Shown piece by piece: positions 1 to 13,665 of a DNA stretch of 64,000 bases (positions are counted from its first letter, which is position 1; each line of letters starts with the position of its first letter). The stretch comes from Squalus acanthias (lineage: Eukaryota): contig CM059425.1 in the NCBI GenBank assembly GCA_030390025.1, positions 176,640,001 to 176,704,000 on the forward strand, in the 5' to 3' direction. Position numbers and translations under genes: made by a program. A model generated the notes under the pieces. It was not told the DNA's origin, did no database searches, and worked only from the letters and a program-made list of their open reading frames with translations.

Positions 1-746
1 CCCTTGATTGACCTTGTTAAGCCCGCCCAGCGGGCTTAGCAGGCCAATTAAGGGAAAGCCGGTGACAGAGAACGTCAACGTATGACGTTTCATCTGTCAA
101 AAAATTTTGACAGTTGAATTGTCATCGTTTGACAGCTTTGAGAAGCTGTCAAACACTGACATTCTCTGTTGTTTGATGAGTCCTTGTATTCAAGACTTAT
201 CAAACCTATCTGCTGAGCAGAAATCAGATGGCTGTTGCTTCGGAGAATGTAGCAGCCATTCTGTCATCTCTGCCGCGGAGATGCCGGAGTCTCCGGTTCC
301 CCAACGGTTGAAGCCTGCAGGAAGAAACAAAGGTAAGTAAACATTTTCTATCACTTTACACTCACCTCACATACTTACCTCTCCACACTTGCACCCATCA
401 CTCACCTCCACAGCGCACTTTTCGACCCCTCCGACCCCTGCAGACCCACTGCTCGCCTCGCTGACCCTGGCGGGGTTTCCCGACGTCGGGAAGCCCGCAC
501 TTGCAGGGGTAAAATGGGGATAATCCTCTTAACTGCCTGTTAACTACCTGTTAACAGGCAGTTAAGTGGCTGTAATTCCCTTTCTGCCTCGGGGAGGCGG
601 CTCCCAGCGCGGGTCGGGTACCCGCCTCCTGGGAAGATGGCACGGAGATGGGTTGGGGGCGGGATGAGCTCCCAACCCCGTTTCTGCCATTTTCCCGGCA
701 GTCCCGCCTCCAAACCCGCCTCCCCAGGACTGGCAAAATTCCCCCC
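1..746. mobile_element. Right part of a non-autonomous Harbinger-type element (left end outside window)
   Basis: Ends in TIR-like AAAATTCCCCCC (735-746). Subterminal ttgttaagcccgcc...ggccaatta motif is shared with the elements at 2126 and 32934. Confidence 0.6.
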
Positions 747-935
747 ATAGTGCCATTCCTTTATCGTCACTGGGTCAAAATCCTGGAATTCCCTATGATG
801 AGAGCACCATCACCACAAGAACTGCAGCAGTTCAAAGAGAAGGCCAAGCACAACCTTCTCAGAGCAACTAGGGAAGGGCAATAAATTCAGCCTTGCTGGA
901 GTTGCCCAAATCCCAAGAACAAATAAGAAAAAATT
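747..935 (+). mobile_element. 3' tail of a CR1/L2-group LINE
   Basis: Similar to 8374-8617 and to the reverse complement of 1930-2125. gggcAATAAA followed by an A-rich end. Confidence 0.7.
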
Positions 936-1929
936 CCAGGCCATAAAGAAACTGGTGCCTGGCCTGACCTCCCAGTTCAGCATTCCCTCTGTGCCAGTTG
1001 GACACCTGCCCTTCTGGCACACAGGACTGTGCGATCAGTCCGATGGTGAGATGGTGGGTCGATATGAATAATCTGTGAAAAAGGGATGATCTTCCTGGGC
1101 GAAATGTCTTTTCCTGTTCCTTGAAATTCTTATTCTCTTACGTTCCAGGGCACTGCAGCTTCAACCTGAAGCACAGCTGAAATGGTTCATGGTGGGCGCT
1201 CACTGAGTTAGTAACCTAAAGGGACTATTCCATTTCCTTGAATTTGAAAACTGTTTACTTATCTTTTCAGAATAATGAAATAATTATTGAATAACTGTCC
1301 CACCGAGCAACAAACTTCATCTTGCAGCTCACAGTAAAGAAATGTGCTCCGGAGCTCGCAGTTTCCTTGAAACTGGAATTTTAGAAAAAAGATATTAGAA
1401 AAAAAACTGGTGTCTAACAATGATTTTGACGGGTACTATAACGTAGGACTGGTGATGATTCCAGTAAATAGATACCTCTACCAATGTGGCAGCTGTCAGA
1501 GGTGCACATTAGTCCTTGCAGTTTTCAGAGCTACAGATCGAGAAGCAAACAGATGGAATGTACAGTGGGAATTGCAATCACACATTTTCATTCATTTAAT
1601 CAGCAGCTAGTTGAATGGTGCTGTGGGAAAGGCAGCCTACAGCAAACTGCAGTCAATGATGACTTTTGGGAACGTACCAGGAATTCTATACATAGCTTAG
1701 TGGAATCATCCCTGCTTTCATCTTTATAGATTGCACAGCTGGTAACCTCACATCCGTGGCTGCCATCTCCAGAAGCTATATAAGTGGGAACTGGGTTGGA
1801 CAGCCATATTACCTCACTGACCTGTGTTCAAATACAGCCTATAATGGCAAAATGAAAGTTGTGGCTGTTATTGTGAAGCTGTTGGCTGTAAGGATCCCAC
1901 GTAAATTGGGTATGAAGCAATCTATTGAT

Positions 1930-4425
1930 TGTTTTTTATTTGTTCCTGGGATGTGGGCGTCGCTGGCAAGGCCAGCATTTATTGCCCATCCCTAATTGCC
2001 CTTGAGAAGGTGGTGGAGAGCCAACTTCTTGAACCGTTGCAGTCCGTGTGGTGAAGGTAGTCCCATAGGGCTGTTCGGGAGGGAGTTCCAGGATTTTGAC
2101 CCAGCGACAATGAAGGAAAGGCCCTGGCCAGGATTTTGCTCACCTCGGCGGGTCCGGGGCGGGCAATGTCGGTGGCGGGTCGCGGCCCCACTGCTGGCTT
2201 CATCCAGCTGTCTAAAATTAATTTACGTTGCTAGAGCTTGTTAAGCCCGCCCTGCACATTTCACAGGCCAATTAGAGGAAGCGGGTCTGGTGACGTCATT
2301 CATGACACGTCATCAGCCGGTTTCCTTAAAGGGACCATGGCCACCTTACTCTTGACGTTTGTGCTGTCAGTATTCTACAGCATTGAAGTGCTGCAAACAC
2401 TGACAATCACTGCACAGAGGTGCATGGCTGTACCCAGGCTCCCCATGGTTCCCTCCATATGCTTACGGAGGGAGTCACAGCCGCAGGGAGGTCCCCTTCC
2501 CTTCCCATGAGCAGAAGAGACCTCCCCAGGACACCAACACAGCCTGGTTGCACATTGCAGAGGAGGTCACAAGCAGGGATGTCGTCAGGAGGACCAGGCT
2601 GCAGTGGCGCAAACCTTTCAATGATCTCATTAGATTACGAAACATGATCACAAAGCCACACTCGACCTCATCCTGCTGTGATACTCATCACATCCCCATC
2701 ACTCTGCCTTCCCTACCCTACTCCTGCACATCCTTACTCACACCAACTTACCTTGCACCTCCACCCACCTCTCTCTATCTACATTATCACTTCCCCATCT
2801 CACTAGCCACCCCTCACACTCACCCTCATCCTAGTCAAATCATACTAACTAACAACACACAAGGGTAGCCACTTAGGTGTTTTATGCAATGTTCATGTAA
2901 AGTTTCTGTTAATGTGGTGTCAAACATTGAAACCTTTATTTTCAATACTTTCCGTTCTTGGCCAGATTTGTGTGCACCTTTGGAAGTGGCTTAGTGAGTT
3001 GCAGTGAATGGTGAGACATAACGGTACACACCGTGTGAAAGGAATGGCTTGGACATTGTAGGGATGCTTTATGGTGTTGGTGTGGGGTGGTGCCAACCTG
3101 GTACATCATGTGGCAGCCAGGGTGTACAGCATCAAATAAAGTAAATCTGGCCATGGTGAGGCCATCCCTGGCCTCCCGGGCAGCAATGTGGTCGGGTGCT
3201 GATGCCCTCTGTCCTGTGCAGCATCAGGTGATTGTGGAGAAGGTTGGTGTTGTTGTTGGTGCTGCTGGTGTGCCTGGTGCTGCTGGTGTTGAGGCTGATC
3301 GTGGTGGGATTCTGAGGACCAAGGTGAGAGAGTATAAAGGGCACCCATGTTGGTAGAACAGATGGCAGGAGAAGTAGAGATGACAGAAGCATTCTGTCAA
3401 TGGTGAGAGAGTTCTTCCAATGAGGTGAGAGTGGAAAATGGAAAGCCTGCAGAATCTGTGCTGGAAATGGACTGAGAAACAGCTTGTGGCTGAGGAAAGT
3501 GATGATCTGTCAGATGGGAGCTTTTACTGTACATTTGAAGGTGTAAAATAATCAGCTCGAGCAATGGCCACTGAACTCCTGCCTCAGGTTGACAGATGTG
3601 GTCCCCGAACAGTGTGGTTCCCATGACCATGAAGTTAATGTTAAAAAAGCCTGTTAAGGGTCTGTTAAATACATTATAATGATTTAATTGGGTCTCCCGC
3701 CACTGCCTGTCAGGTCTGCTCAGCGCTGACAGACCCAACATTGGGAAAGGCATGTTGTGGCGGGTTGACAGTGGGTTCCCGACCCGCTGTCAAAAAAAAC
3801 CCACTTTGCCCACCCGCAGACACCCCGGAAAATTCCGGACGATATATTTCCAAGTCAGGATGGTGTGTGACATGCAGGGGAATTTGGAGGTGATGGTGTT
3901 CCCATGTGCCTGCTGCCCTTGTCCTTCTAGGTGGTAGAGGATGCGGGTTTGGGAGGTGCTGCCGAAGAAGCCTTGACGAGTTGCTGCAGTGTATCTTGTA
4001 GATGGTACACACTGCAGCCATGGTACGCCGGTGGTGGAGGGAGTGGATGTTTAAAGTGGTGGATGGGGTGTCAATCAAGCGGGCTGCTTTGTCCTGGATG
4101 GTGTTGAGCTTCTTGAGTGTTGTTGGAGCTGCACTCATCCAGGCAAGTGGAGAGTATTCCATCACACTCCTGACTTGTGCCTTGTAGATGGTGGAAAGGC
4201 TTTGGGGAGTCCGAAGGTGGGACACTCGCCGCAGAATACCCAGCCTCTGACCTGCTCTTGTTGCCACAGTATTTATGTGGCTGGTCCAGTTAAGTTTCTG
4301 GTCAATGGTGACCCCCAGGATGTTGATGGTGTGGGGTTTGGCGATGGTAATGCCGTTGAATGTCAAGGGGCAGTGTTTAGACTCTTGCTTGTTGGAGATA
4401 GTCATTACCTGGCACTTGTGTGGCG
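1930..4425 (-). mobile_element. CR1/L2-group (Crack/Daphne-like) LINE 3' fragment, split by a Harbinger insertion at 2126-3840
   Basis: ORF 3710..4585 contains the RT C-terminal region (ILGVTIDQKLNWTSHINTV...IYKAQVRSVMEYSPLAW...IQDKAARLI). The sequence is colinear across the insertion when compared with the copy at 8374-8617. Confidence 0.8.
2126..3840. mobile_element. Non-autonomous Harbinger deletion derivative, copy 1
   Basis: TIRs GGCCAGGATTTT / GTCCGGAATTTT (rc). Degenerate SANT exon on + (AWLHIAEEVTSRDVVRRTRLQWRKPFNDL) and Gln-rich transposase N-terminus on -. Similar throughout to 32934-34598. Confidence 0.85.
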
Positions 4426-4709
4426 CAATTGATCCTGTTTCAGCACTAATTGGTGCCATATTGCAGAACATCTGTCTGATAATATATATACCTGGTGTGG
4501 GAAATACAAATGTCACAGTGATGCAGTAGACATTGATGTTGAAGCACATTATTAGGGCAGAGTAAGAGAAAGTCATGCTCTGCATTTATGTACCATACAA
4601 GACTTTACAACCATATGTGCCTAATGCTGGCACATTCCATAATGTAAATATAGATCTTGAATGTCCTGCTTCCTAGGCACAATATTTTTATCAGATTTGT
4701 TATGAATTA

Positions 4710-5400
4710 TAACTCTCCAATCAGGTTTCCCTCCCTGCCAGATCACTGAAATGACCCTAATTAAAGTCATGAATGACATCCTCTGTGTCTGTGACTGTGA
4801 CCGTGATTCATTTTCCCTCTGCATCCTCCTTGACCTCTTTACAGCCTTTGACATGGTCGAGCACACCATCCTCCTCCAATGCCTCTCCTCTGTTGTACCC
4901 TGCTGATTGGGACTGCCCTCGTTGGTTTCACTCTTACCTATGACATCGTGCCCGAGTATCTCTGGTAATGGTTTCTCTTCCCATCCCCATACTATTAACT
5001 CTGGATTCCTCTGTGGATTCATGCTTGGCCCCCTCCTCTTCCTCACCTCGATGCTGCCCATCCGAAGAGATGACGTCAGCTTCCATATGTACACTGATAA
5101 CATTCAGCTCTACCTCTCCATCACCTTTCTCGACCCCTCCACTGCCTCTGACATCCAGTTTTATGTGAACCGCAATTTCCTGCAGTTAAACTCAGTTTAT
5201 GTATCTTCATGGGTCACCCCTCCCTATCCCTGTAGCCTTCTCCTATCCTACCAGCACCCCCGCCCCCCAAACTCTCCATTCCTCTGATTCTGGCCTCTTG
5301 TTCACCTATCCCCTCCTTTACCCCACTAGGTCCCATGCTCTGGAAATCCCTCCCTAAATGTTATCCTCCTCTCCACCTCCCTCTTCTCCTGCAAGACCCA
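4710..5400 (+). mobile_element. Degraded L2 LINE RT fragments
   Basis: Recognisable QSGF..TE..LIKV.NDIL, LLDL.AFD.V.H.ILL, LGPLLF and FHMYTDNIQLY motifs, with frameshifts. Confidence 0.7.
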
Positions 5401-5744
5401 CCTACTTCATTTTGCTGTTTTTCGCTTTGTCTCTCATCCTCTGGTTGTGTCCCTTTTTCTCTTCTTTTCCTTCCTCCCCTGTAACTATTTATGCTTCTCT
5501 CTCTGTCTTTTTATTTTTTTTCCTTCCTTTTGGGTGGGAGGTGCTAGATGATACAACATAGTGCTGTGTAGAGTAGGTGCCATGCAACAACTGCAGGCTG
5601 CAATTGTGGTGGGGGTTATGGCCCTCAGCCACTCTCTTCTCATTCCTTGCCCCAGTTACTTGTGCTTCTCCCACCTCCTTGCTCCCATTGTGTCCCCCCC
5701 CCCCCCCCCACCCCCACCTCCTTCACTTTCATCGCCTTCCCAGT

Positions 5745-5985
5745 ATTTAACATAATTGGCAAAAGAACCAGAGGGAAGATGAGGAGAATTCTTTTTACAC
5801 AGCAAATTGTTATGATCTGGAATGCACTGTCTGAAAAGGTGGTGGAAGCAGATTCAATAGTAACTTTCAAAAAGGAATTGGATAAATATTAAAAAAGGAA
5901 AAATTTGCAGGGCTATGGGGAAAGAACAGGAGAGTAGGACTAATTGGATAATTCTTAACAAAGAGCCAGGTACGATAGACTGAAT
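5745..5985 (+). mobile_element. CR1 3' fragment
   Basis: FTQ..V..WNAL.EKVVEA.SI..FK.ELDKY CR1 C-terminus plus 3' UTR. Confidence 0.75.
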
Positions 5986-6074
5986 CATCAGAAGCTTGTG
6001 GGCTCAAGCCCCACTCCAGGACTTGAACATCAAGTACTGAGGTTGTGCTGCATCTTTTGGATGAGATGTGAAAC

Positions 6075-6400
6075 CGAGTGGTGGAGAGGCAGAGGAACTT
6101 AGGGCGGGAATTTCAGAGTGTGGAGCCTAGGCAGCTGAAGGCACGGCCGGCAATGGCAGGGCGAAGGTAGGGAGGGCTGCACAAGAGGCCAAAGTTGGAG
6201 GAATGAAGAGTTCTAAAAGTGTTGTTGGGCTGGCGGAGGTTACAGGGATAGGGAGGGAGAAGCCTATGAAGTGATTTTAATATGAGGATGACAATTGTAA
6301 ATTGGTGGCATTGGGGAGTTCTGGAGCCAATGTAGGCCAGTGAGGACAGAGGTGATAGTTGATTGAGACTTGATATGGGATACAGTACAGGCTGGTTGGG
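6075..6400 (-). mobile_element. L2 3' fragment
   Basis: ILKSLH.L.PPY..NL...GRAFS..G.TLWN-like L2 C-terminal peptide (ORF 6113..6418). Confidence 0.6.
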
Positions 6401-7714
6401 ATACGTTGCACCTGGCATGGAGTTGATGTTCCAATGAACCTTCTTCTCTAGTTAGAGAACTAAAAAAGAATAGAAAGTGCTTGTATTCAATTCATACCTA
6501 AACAATAGCAGCCGCATCATGAAGAGTATTAGAAAGAGGCTCAGTTAAATTTCAAATTGCTTTTAACTCACATTCAAAATTGTAAGTCAATTTAAAGTGC
6601 ATGTATTTGCATGTGTCATGTATACTTAATAACAATAGATTGGGTTCCTGAGATGTTTACAGCTTACATCCATCATCTGTCAGCAGTACATGCATGGTAA
6701 AGTCAAATAATAAAAAGCAGCAATTTCTGAAGTATTTTGATGACTGATAGTCATATCATTTCACTGCAGGAACTAACCTTGATTATGGTGATTAACTGCG
6801 GCAGTAATCTGGCTTATATACATGAGCATATTCCGAAATCAGCCGCAGGGTTTCCTCAACCTTTCCACCTTCCTCATTCCTGACAGTGCAATCTTTCATC
6901 CACCCAGTCTCTGTGTCTGAACTCCTACCCTCCACTCCTTCTATCCTTTCTCTTACTAGGACATCCCTCCCCTTTTCTCGGTACATCCATCCAAAAGAAG
7001 TTAAACTAAAAACAAGAAATATTTATAAGAACAGAAGAAAGCATTAAACAAAAAACCTGTTCTGCCCATCATGCCCTGTCTGTTCACAGATCATGTACCA
7101 TCTGCCATGAACTCTTTCCATTTATTTAATCACCTGAGGGAAAATTCTGTCTACTCCCTAATTTCCAAAGGTAATTAAACTGACCTCTACAATATTAATC
7201 TATCCTCATGCCCACACTATTCAAATCCAAGTAGTGCACTTACAACCCTTTTACTGCTCTGCGGCCATTTTAACACCGTTGTTTTCTTGGGCATTTGAGG
7301 CGCCTGTCAGACTCAGAAGGAAGCCTCATGAATAGATGTTAATCGGGCTCTCTAGACAATATCTCTCCCCCTCTTCCTGCTCAGTTTCATTTGGAGAGCT
7401 TTTCCTGCCATTTCTCCAGAGGCAAGTGCAGAGAAAGAACTGGCAGTGACTTCAGAGATAAACACTTGTTTTTATGCCCTCATGCTCCTGCTAGAGGCTG
7501 ATTCCTTATTTCAGCTACTGATCTACTTGAGCACAAACCTTTGTACTGCCACAAGGTGTTAGAATCCCTTACTCAGGATTCTCTGGAATAAATCACCAGT
7601 GCATTGTAGCGTGCCATTATTTTGTTTGGGATTTTGGATCCAACCTCCTCAACAGCGTCAATGGGAGTATTTGTAAAATATATGCCAACTGTGCTCACTG
7701 CCTGTGTGAGTTAA

Positions 7715-7910
7715 TGATGCGGAGATGCCGGTGTTGGACTGGGGTGGACAAAAGTGAGAAGTTGCACAACACCAGGTTATAGTCCAACAACTTTATTTGA
7801 AATCACAAGCTTTCGGAGCTGCTGCTCCTTCGTCAGGTGAAGCGCTCCGAAAGCTTGTGATTTCAAATAAAGCTGTTGAACTATAACCTGGTGTTGTGCG
7901 ACTTCTCACT
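7715..7910 (-). mobile_element. Short Penelope-like insertion (family P1) with inverted duplication and hammerhead ribozyme
   Basis: 12-bp TSD TGTGTGAGTTAA (7703-7714, 7911-7922). Arms 7753-7819 and 7844-7910 are inverted repeats. Confidence 0.85.
7804..7839 (-). ncRNA. Minimal type I hammerhead ribozyme
   Basis: rc reads CAC CUGACGA a GGAGC agca GCUCC GAAA GC UU GUG: core boxes, helix II GGAGC/GCUCC, helix I CAC/GUG, palindromic AAGCUU helix III. Confidence 0.8.
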
Positions 7911-8373
7911 TGTGTGAGTTAAGGTGCAGATGCCCATGCTTTTTAATGACAGTCTGCAAAGCAGAGAGCTCAAGCTGCAATTGTAGTGAACCCATATTGG
8001 AGGCAAGTGACTAGTGTCATTCACACTTCTAGAGCATCTTCCATTTCATTGTTAACCCTGTGAGATCAGAATCATAAAGTGACAACAGTGACCATGATGA
8101 TGTTAGGCCTTCACCCGTCTCCAGCTAGCCTTTCTGCAGCCCCTGCTTCTCCCTCCTTCACACTTGTGTGCAGTGAATCTCTGGGTTGCCACCTGCCTCA
8201 AGTCATGATGAAGTTAATTGTAGTAGTGAGGCTTGTTGCTGAGAAGCTCTGGCTTTCTGCTCCTGGGTTCTGGTATATCTGTAAGAAGAAAAGGACACAT
8301 GATAAGTACTTGTACCTGATTAGACATGTTATTGCCGTGTAGATAAAGCATGACACATTTCATGGCACGTTCA

Positions 8374-8617
8374 AGGGCAGCAAGCACATGGGAACACCAT
8401 CACCTGCAAGTTCCGCTCCAAGTCACACACCATCCTGACTTGGAAGTATATCGCTGTTCCTTCATTGTCGCTGGGTCAAAATCCTGGAACTCCCGACCTA
8501 ACAGCACTGTGGGAGTACCTTCACCACACGCACTGCAGTGGTTCAAGAAGGCGGCTCACCACCAGCTTCTCAAGCACAATTAGCGATGTCCACATCCCAT
8601 GAATGAATAAAAAAAAA
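8374..8617 (+). mobile_element. CR1/L2-group LINE 3' end
   Basis: Same family as 1930-4425. Ends cacatcccatgaatgaataaaaaaaa. Confidence 0.75.
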
Positions 8618-8819
8618 CATTGCTTCACATCTGCAGAAATACAGTTGCATAGATGAGGTATATAATTTTAATTGTCCAAAGCAGGAATGTGTCCCTTTCC
8701 GCCAGTTTTAACCTTTGAATATTAATGGGTTGCACTCTGTACGAAGCTCTTCTCCGTGCCCTTACGTAGTGACAGCACATCTAACTTATCAGTCATAGGT
8801 TGCCATCACTGAATCTGGA

Positions 8820-9520
8820 GGGGGAATCTTAACCCTCTCCACCCAGTGGAAACTGACGGAAGAGGAGTTAAAATCCAAGCGGTGCACTTATCGTCCTTTT
8901 ACCGCTCTGCGGCCATTTTATCATTTGTTTTGCGCGGTTGAGGTGCCCGCCAGACTCAGAAGGAAGCCTCATGAATACATGAAAATTGGGGTCCTATGAT
9001 GTACTTTAGACCAATGTTCCCCCTATTTTTTTTGGGCGCAGCCCATTCAAAATTTTGCGCATGCGCAAAATCTCCCATTTCAAAAGCTGGTCCTGGGCTG
9101 TGCGGGACCTCCAGACAGCTGTGCATAGCACAGCTTAGCGGGAACGGTGCTTCGGACTCCAAAGCTATTTTAATAGCCTACTGAGCAGAGCTCTGCTCAG
9201 CAATACCTGCCAGGCAAGAAGTGGAGGTCTTTACAGGTGTGTAAAAGTTATTTTTGTGGGACCTGGATGCTCCTCCAGGCACCACAAAGAAAGTTTTTGT
9301 CGCTGTCATCCTGGGCATCCCCCCATTCCATGTTCCCGAAACCTTCCCGAAACTCCTTGACAACTTACGTGGGAGCCTTCTGGATGACCATTTTAAGAGA
9401 GCAGCTCGACGCCTCTCTGATAATGAGGTCTGGCCATTAAAATGGAGCGGGGTCACTCACAGCACCTCCTGGACGACAGGCGTTCCGCTAGCCAACCGCC
9501 CAGGAGTTAAAATTGCCCTT
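8820..9520. mobile_element. Harbinger-type MITE, with a small nested element at ~9010-9150
   Basis: TIR-like GGGGGAATCTTAAC / AGGGCAATTTTAAC (rc). Related fragment at ~7245-7460. TSD not clean. Confidence 0.55.
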
Positions 9521-10349
9521 AAGTTTTTGCCTTGTGTATCCTCCCTCGATGCTGCCCAGAAATTTTCCACCACCAGATTGGCCCAATTTGTGCTTTTTAT
9601 AGATTTTAACGAGTTAGCAGCATTGTTGCAGGTGCTTTTGGATGTAGTTTGGCCACTGATGCGTTACTTTTAATGCACCTACGGGTTCGGCAAAAAAATG
9701 GAATTTCAATTTAACGCAGTGTCTGTGCACTGAGGAATTTCATTCCTAAGAAGTTGTGCTCTGACACTACTCACAGCATACAGCTCCCATTCAAGATGTC
9801 GCTGGAGCACAGCTTGAGAATGCCACTGTTCCCAAGATGCTTTTAACCACCAGTTTTAAAATGTGAAGCACACTAAAAGGCGACAACGTATCTCCTTGTT
9901 ATAGAAGCATAGAAGATAGGAGCAGGAGTAGGCCATTCGGCCCCTCGAGCCTGCTCCGCCATTTAATGAGATCATGGCTGATCATCCAAATTCACTACCC
10001 TGTCCCTGCTTTCTCCCCAAGTTATAAATTTCCAGAGTATATAACTGTTCAATGGAACACAGTACTACTAAGGAGGAACTTCCACATCAAAATGTACTTT
10101 TTTGTGCCCTGTTTATGCTGTTCACACACACTGCTTAATTCCCTCTGAAAAATATGCTCAAGCACCAAGTACTTAAATACATTATTCACAAATAGCTCTA
10201 TATACTGACTAAAAATACTGAAAACTCTGCACCGCTTTTAGTATGAACATGTCAGTGTGTGTGGAGTACAGAAATCACTTGATCTGAAGTTTTCTTCCAG
10301 AAATGCATTTGGCAACAATCATTCAATTGTTAAAATAAAATGGCATAGG

Positions 10350-10700
10350 TGTCTTCCCCAACGGCTCAGCAGAGAAGTATAGTGAGTAGGTGAGTCATAC
10401 AGGTCCGAAGGCTCCAGATTTGATTGCTGACCTGAGCTGAGTTTACTGATCTCAACAAGCATGACAGTAGAGCTTCTATAATTGGCCTCAGCACTTCTGA
10501 GTTGGGCAAGGGAACAAGTCAGCCAGGATTCTTCTGCAAATAAGTGTGTGCGTACATTCTCCAGAGCTATGATGGTCCTGTGGTTAAATAGCCTACCAAT
10601 ATTCACTGTCTAAGCTTATACGTGAAGATTGACCACTTGGGCAGGTAGGGTGGAGCAATACTCCAATAAGGACTCAACACCTTTAAGGGAGTAGGGGAGT
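10350..10700 (+). mobile_element. Old tRNA-type SINE-like repeat
   Basis: Diverged similarity to ~26580-26920 (minus) and ~30930-31130 (gctgagttt.ctgatctca.c ... aattgg.ctcagc). Confidence 0.4.
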
Positions 10701-12071
10701 AAACTGGCAATAAACAATCCAAATGTGCTTGGGCCAGTGGGGCATTCAGAAGGACCCTAACAGTGCAGCACGCAGTTGTGGTACCTGCATTGCCCCTTGT
10801 GATCTGTCATATAGGTCGGATCACAAACTTGACATATTGGCGGTTCATGACATTCACACGTCCAACCAACCTCCAGCACAGCAGATTGATACACCATGTT
10901 CCACAAGTTACTAGTGTTTGTTAAATGTAGGAGGTACAATAAGCTTAGCAAAAAATATAATTTCCAAATTTTATGTGGAAAGTATAAATATTTATATAAA
11001 ATATTTAAAAAGCAACTTACTACAATAAAAACAAACCAACTCTATACCTAGACCGAACATGCAAAAATAATCTCTGCTTCTAAACAGCTGACAAGGATAT
11101 TGATAGTGGAAGCAGATTTCATTTAATAATACTTTGTTACAATACATGTATCTCTGTGCATATCAGATTGACATTTGCTTTGGACATGTTGTACTTTAAA
11201 CATACAATTACGTATGTAATAGCCAGAAAAGTACACCAGTCAATTATACACCACCAACAAAATAATCAGAGAAAGAGCCCAAACTAGTCACTGGAACTGA
11301 CATCTGAGTACCTGCTGTAGTTCTATGTTTGGAAAACCAGGTTCATCTTAGTACTCAGTGCCGTATCCACTACCTTCTACCATCGCCTATTAATTGAAAC
11401 CAGAACTACAAACTCCATAATTTAACAGACACTTAAGAGATAAGAACAATTAGAATGAAATTTAGGAGGGAAGCAGCCACTACTTAATAGCTGTGAAATA
11501 TTACGTAGTAGTGAAGCCCTGATAGAAAATCAACCCAGCTGCATTCCTGGGAGGAGGGGAGAAGGATGGATGAAATATGGTGGTTCTTGCAGAGAGATTG
11601 TTAGTGTAATATATATATTTAGTTACATCCTCAAACAAACCAAGTGAGGATGTGTTACTCACTCCTGTAGTTATCCTCTTTTGTGCTTGACTGAATCCAC
11701 TTTTTAATTCCCTCTGCTTGAAACAAGCTGTCCAAGTGATTAAGTAGCCTGTAGACTGCAAATTTGAAATGGTGGATGCCAGAATTAAAGACAAAGTCCT
11801 GCCATTGTATTAAGAACCAGTTAGAAACATTGGCCCCGATGTTAATATGAAGGAGGCGTCCAAGCGAAGGTGGAGTGGAATTGCGTGGGAGAAACCCAGA
11901 ATTCAACTGAGCGGGTCGGATTCTGCGATCTCAACTCAATTGTACCAATTAATTTTGACTTCCAGGTTTCGTGTCTCCAAGCTGCGCAGGGGGCGTGATG
12001 CACACCCACATGGTGTGATCTCAGCTGTATTTAAAGGGACAATGCACAAATGGAAATTGGAGGTGTTCAAG

Positions 12072-13665
12072 ATGGATGGAGGACATAGAGCAAGGGTCGC
12101 ACCCAGATTCAATGACACATCGCTGGAATTACTGCTGGATGCAGTCAGGAGTAGGAGGGACATGCTTTTCCCCAGCAATGGGAGGAAGAAACCTGCAGCT
12201 CTCACCAAGAAGGCATGGTTGGAGGCAGCTGAGGAGGTGAGCAGCAGGAGTGTTTTGCCCATGTATTGGATGCGATGTAGGAAGCGGTTTAATGACCTAA
12301 CCAGGTCAGAAAAAGTGAGTGCATTTGCTGATTCACCTACATCCTGTGGTTTAAGCCCCCCGCACCCCCCCCCCCCCCGTTTCACTCTGCCTTGCCAAGC
12401 GTACTCCATCACATCACTCCTCACACCCACTCAACTTTCAGCAGACCCAACCTTCACTTCATCGCCGCCCCATTTACCCGTCCACCGTTGCCACTCACCC
12501 CAATCCTTATGCAACGTGATGCATCTGTCTCATAGGCACCCTCACTGAATGCACTGCATCCATCGGGTGAACGCCTCACTTTCATTCACTCACAGATCTA
12601 TTTTTTCGACCCTTGTAAGAGAAGAGAGAACAAAATGCAAGGGAGAGGGAGAGGACTGGAGGTGACCCGCCACAAATAGTCCGGCTAACTGATGCAGAGG
12701 AGGATGCCATGGAGATAACTGGCACATCTGCATCCCTCTCAGTCAGATAGAGAGACAGGAAACTCACAGATAGCTGGTGACAGAATTACAAATATCTCTG
12801 ACACACATATTTTGACTTTATTTCACCAATGATTCAACTATGAGAATACTGAGTATGGTGATTGTCAAGATTGTGACTTTGCCACAACAAAATCATATCT
12901 CTTTCTTTTGTCTTCCAGGGACTTCATGTGTACAGCAAGTCCCACTGAACATCCATGAGGACAATTCCTCAGAAGACCTCATTCCTTCTGAGTGTGCACC
13001 ATCACAGGCAGTACAGCCATGCACCAGCGCAAATACTCGCACTTCATTGGGTCCAGTTGGAGAATTAGTTGTGTTTTCACCTGGTGATTCACAACTCACA
13101 AGTGAGCACAAGCAACCACTGGTGGCAGGGACATCTGTGGAGAGTCTGTGTCTGGTGGCGCAAACCCCCCAAGCTCTGTTCAGCTTGACACAGATGCTGA
13201 ACCCTATCATTGAGAAGGAGAATGCTAGAGGTGTATCAGCAACTTAGCCAGGTACTGACAGACGTACTGATGGACGTGCCACGCACACTCTTCACAGTAG
13301 AATGGAGGAGTCCAACTCAGTTGTTAGTGGATTTGTGGCGTGGAAATTGCAAGAATGTCTGCCATGGAGAGAGGCCACCTCCCTGGAGCTTCAAGCACGG
13401 CTCTCAAATGAGTCCATGCAGGCCAAGACCACAGCCATGCAGATTTTGGATACCAAAATTTCTGCTGCCTTAAACAGGATGACAGATACCTTATCCGTGA
13501 CCTTACAATGCGTCACTGATCTCCAACAATCTGGTCTGCAGCAGAGTGGTAGGAGTGGTGTGGCGCTGGCCCAGGAGAGGGATGATGGCGAAAGGGGACA
13601 TGGAAGTGTGAACTCCACTCAAAGCGCTCCCAATTCTCACCCGTTGCCTCCACCTCAGCCATCCT
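12072..13665 (+). pseudogene. Harbinger Myb/SANT-like DNA-binding protein (MSANTD/NAIF1-like), spliced
   Basis: Exon 1 12072-12314 is open (APRFNDTSLELLLDAVRSRRDMLFPSNGRKKP...AWLEAAEEV...CRKRFNDL), then GTGAGT donor. Exon 2 EKREQNARERERTGGDPP. Exon 3 follows tcttccag at ~12918. Stops and frameshifts downstream. Confidence 0.85.
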
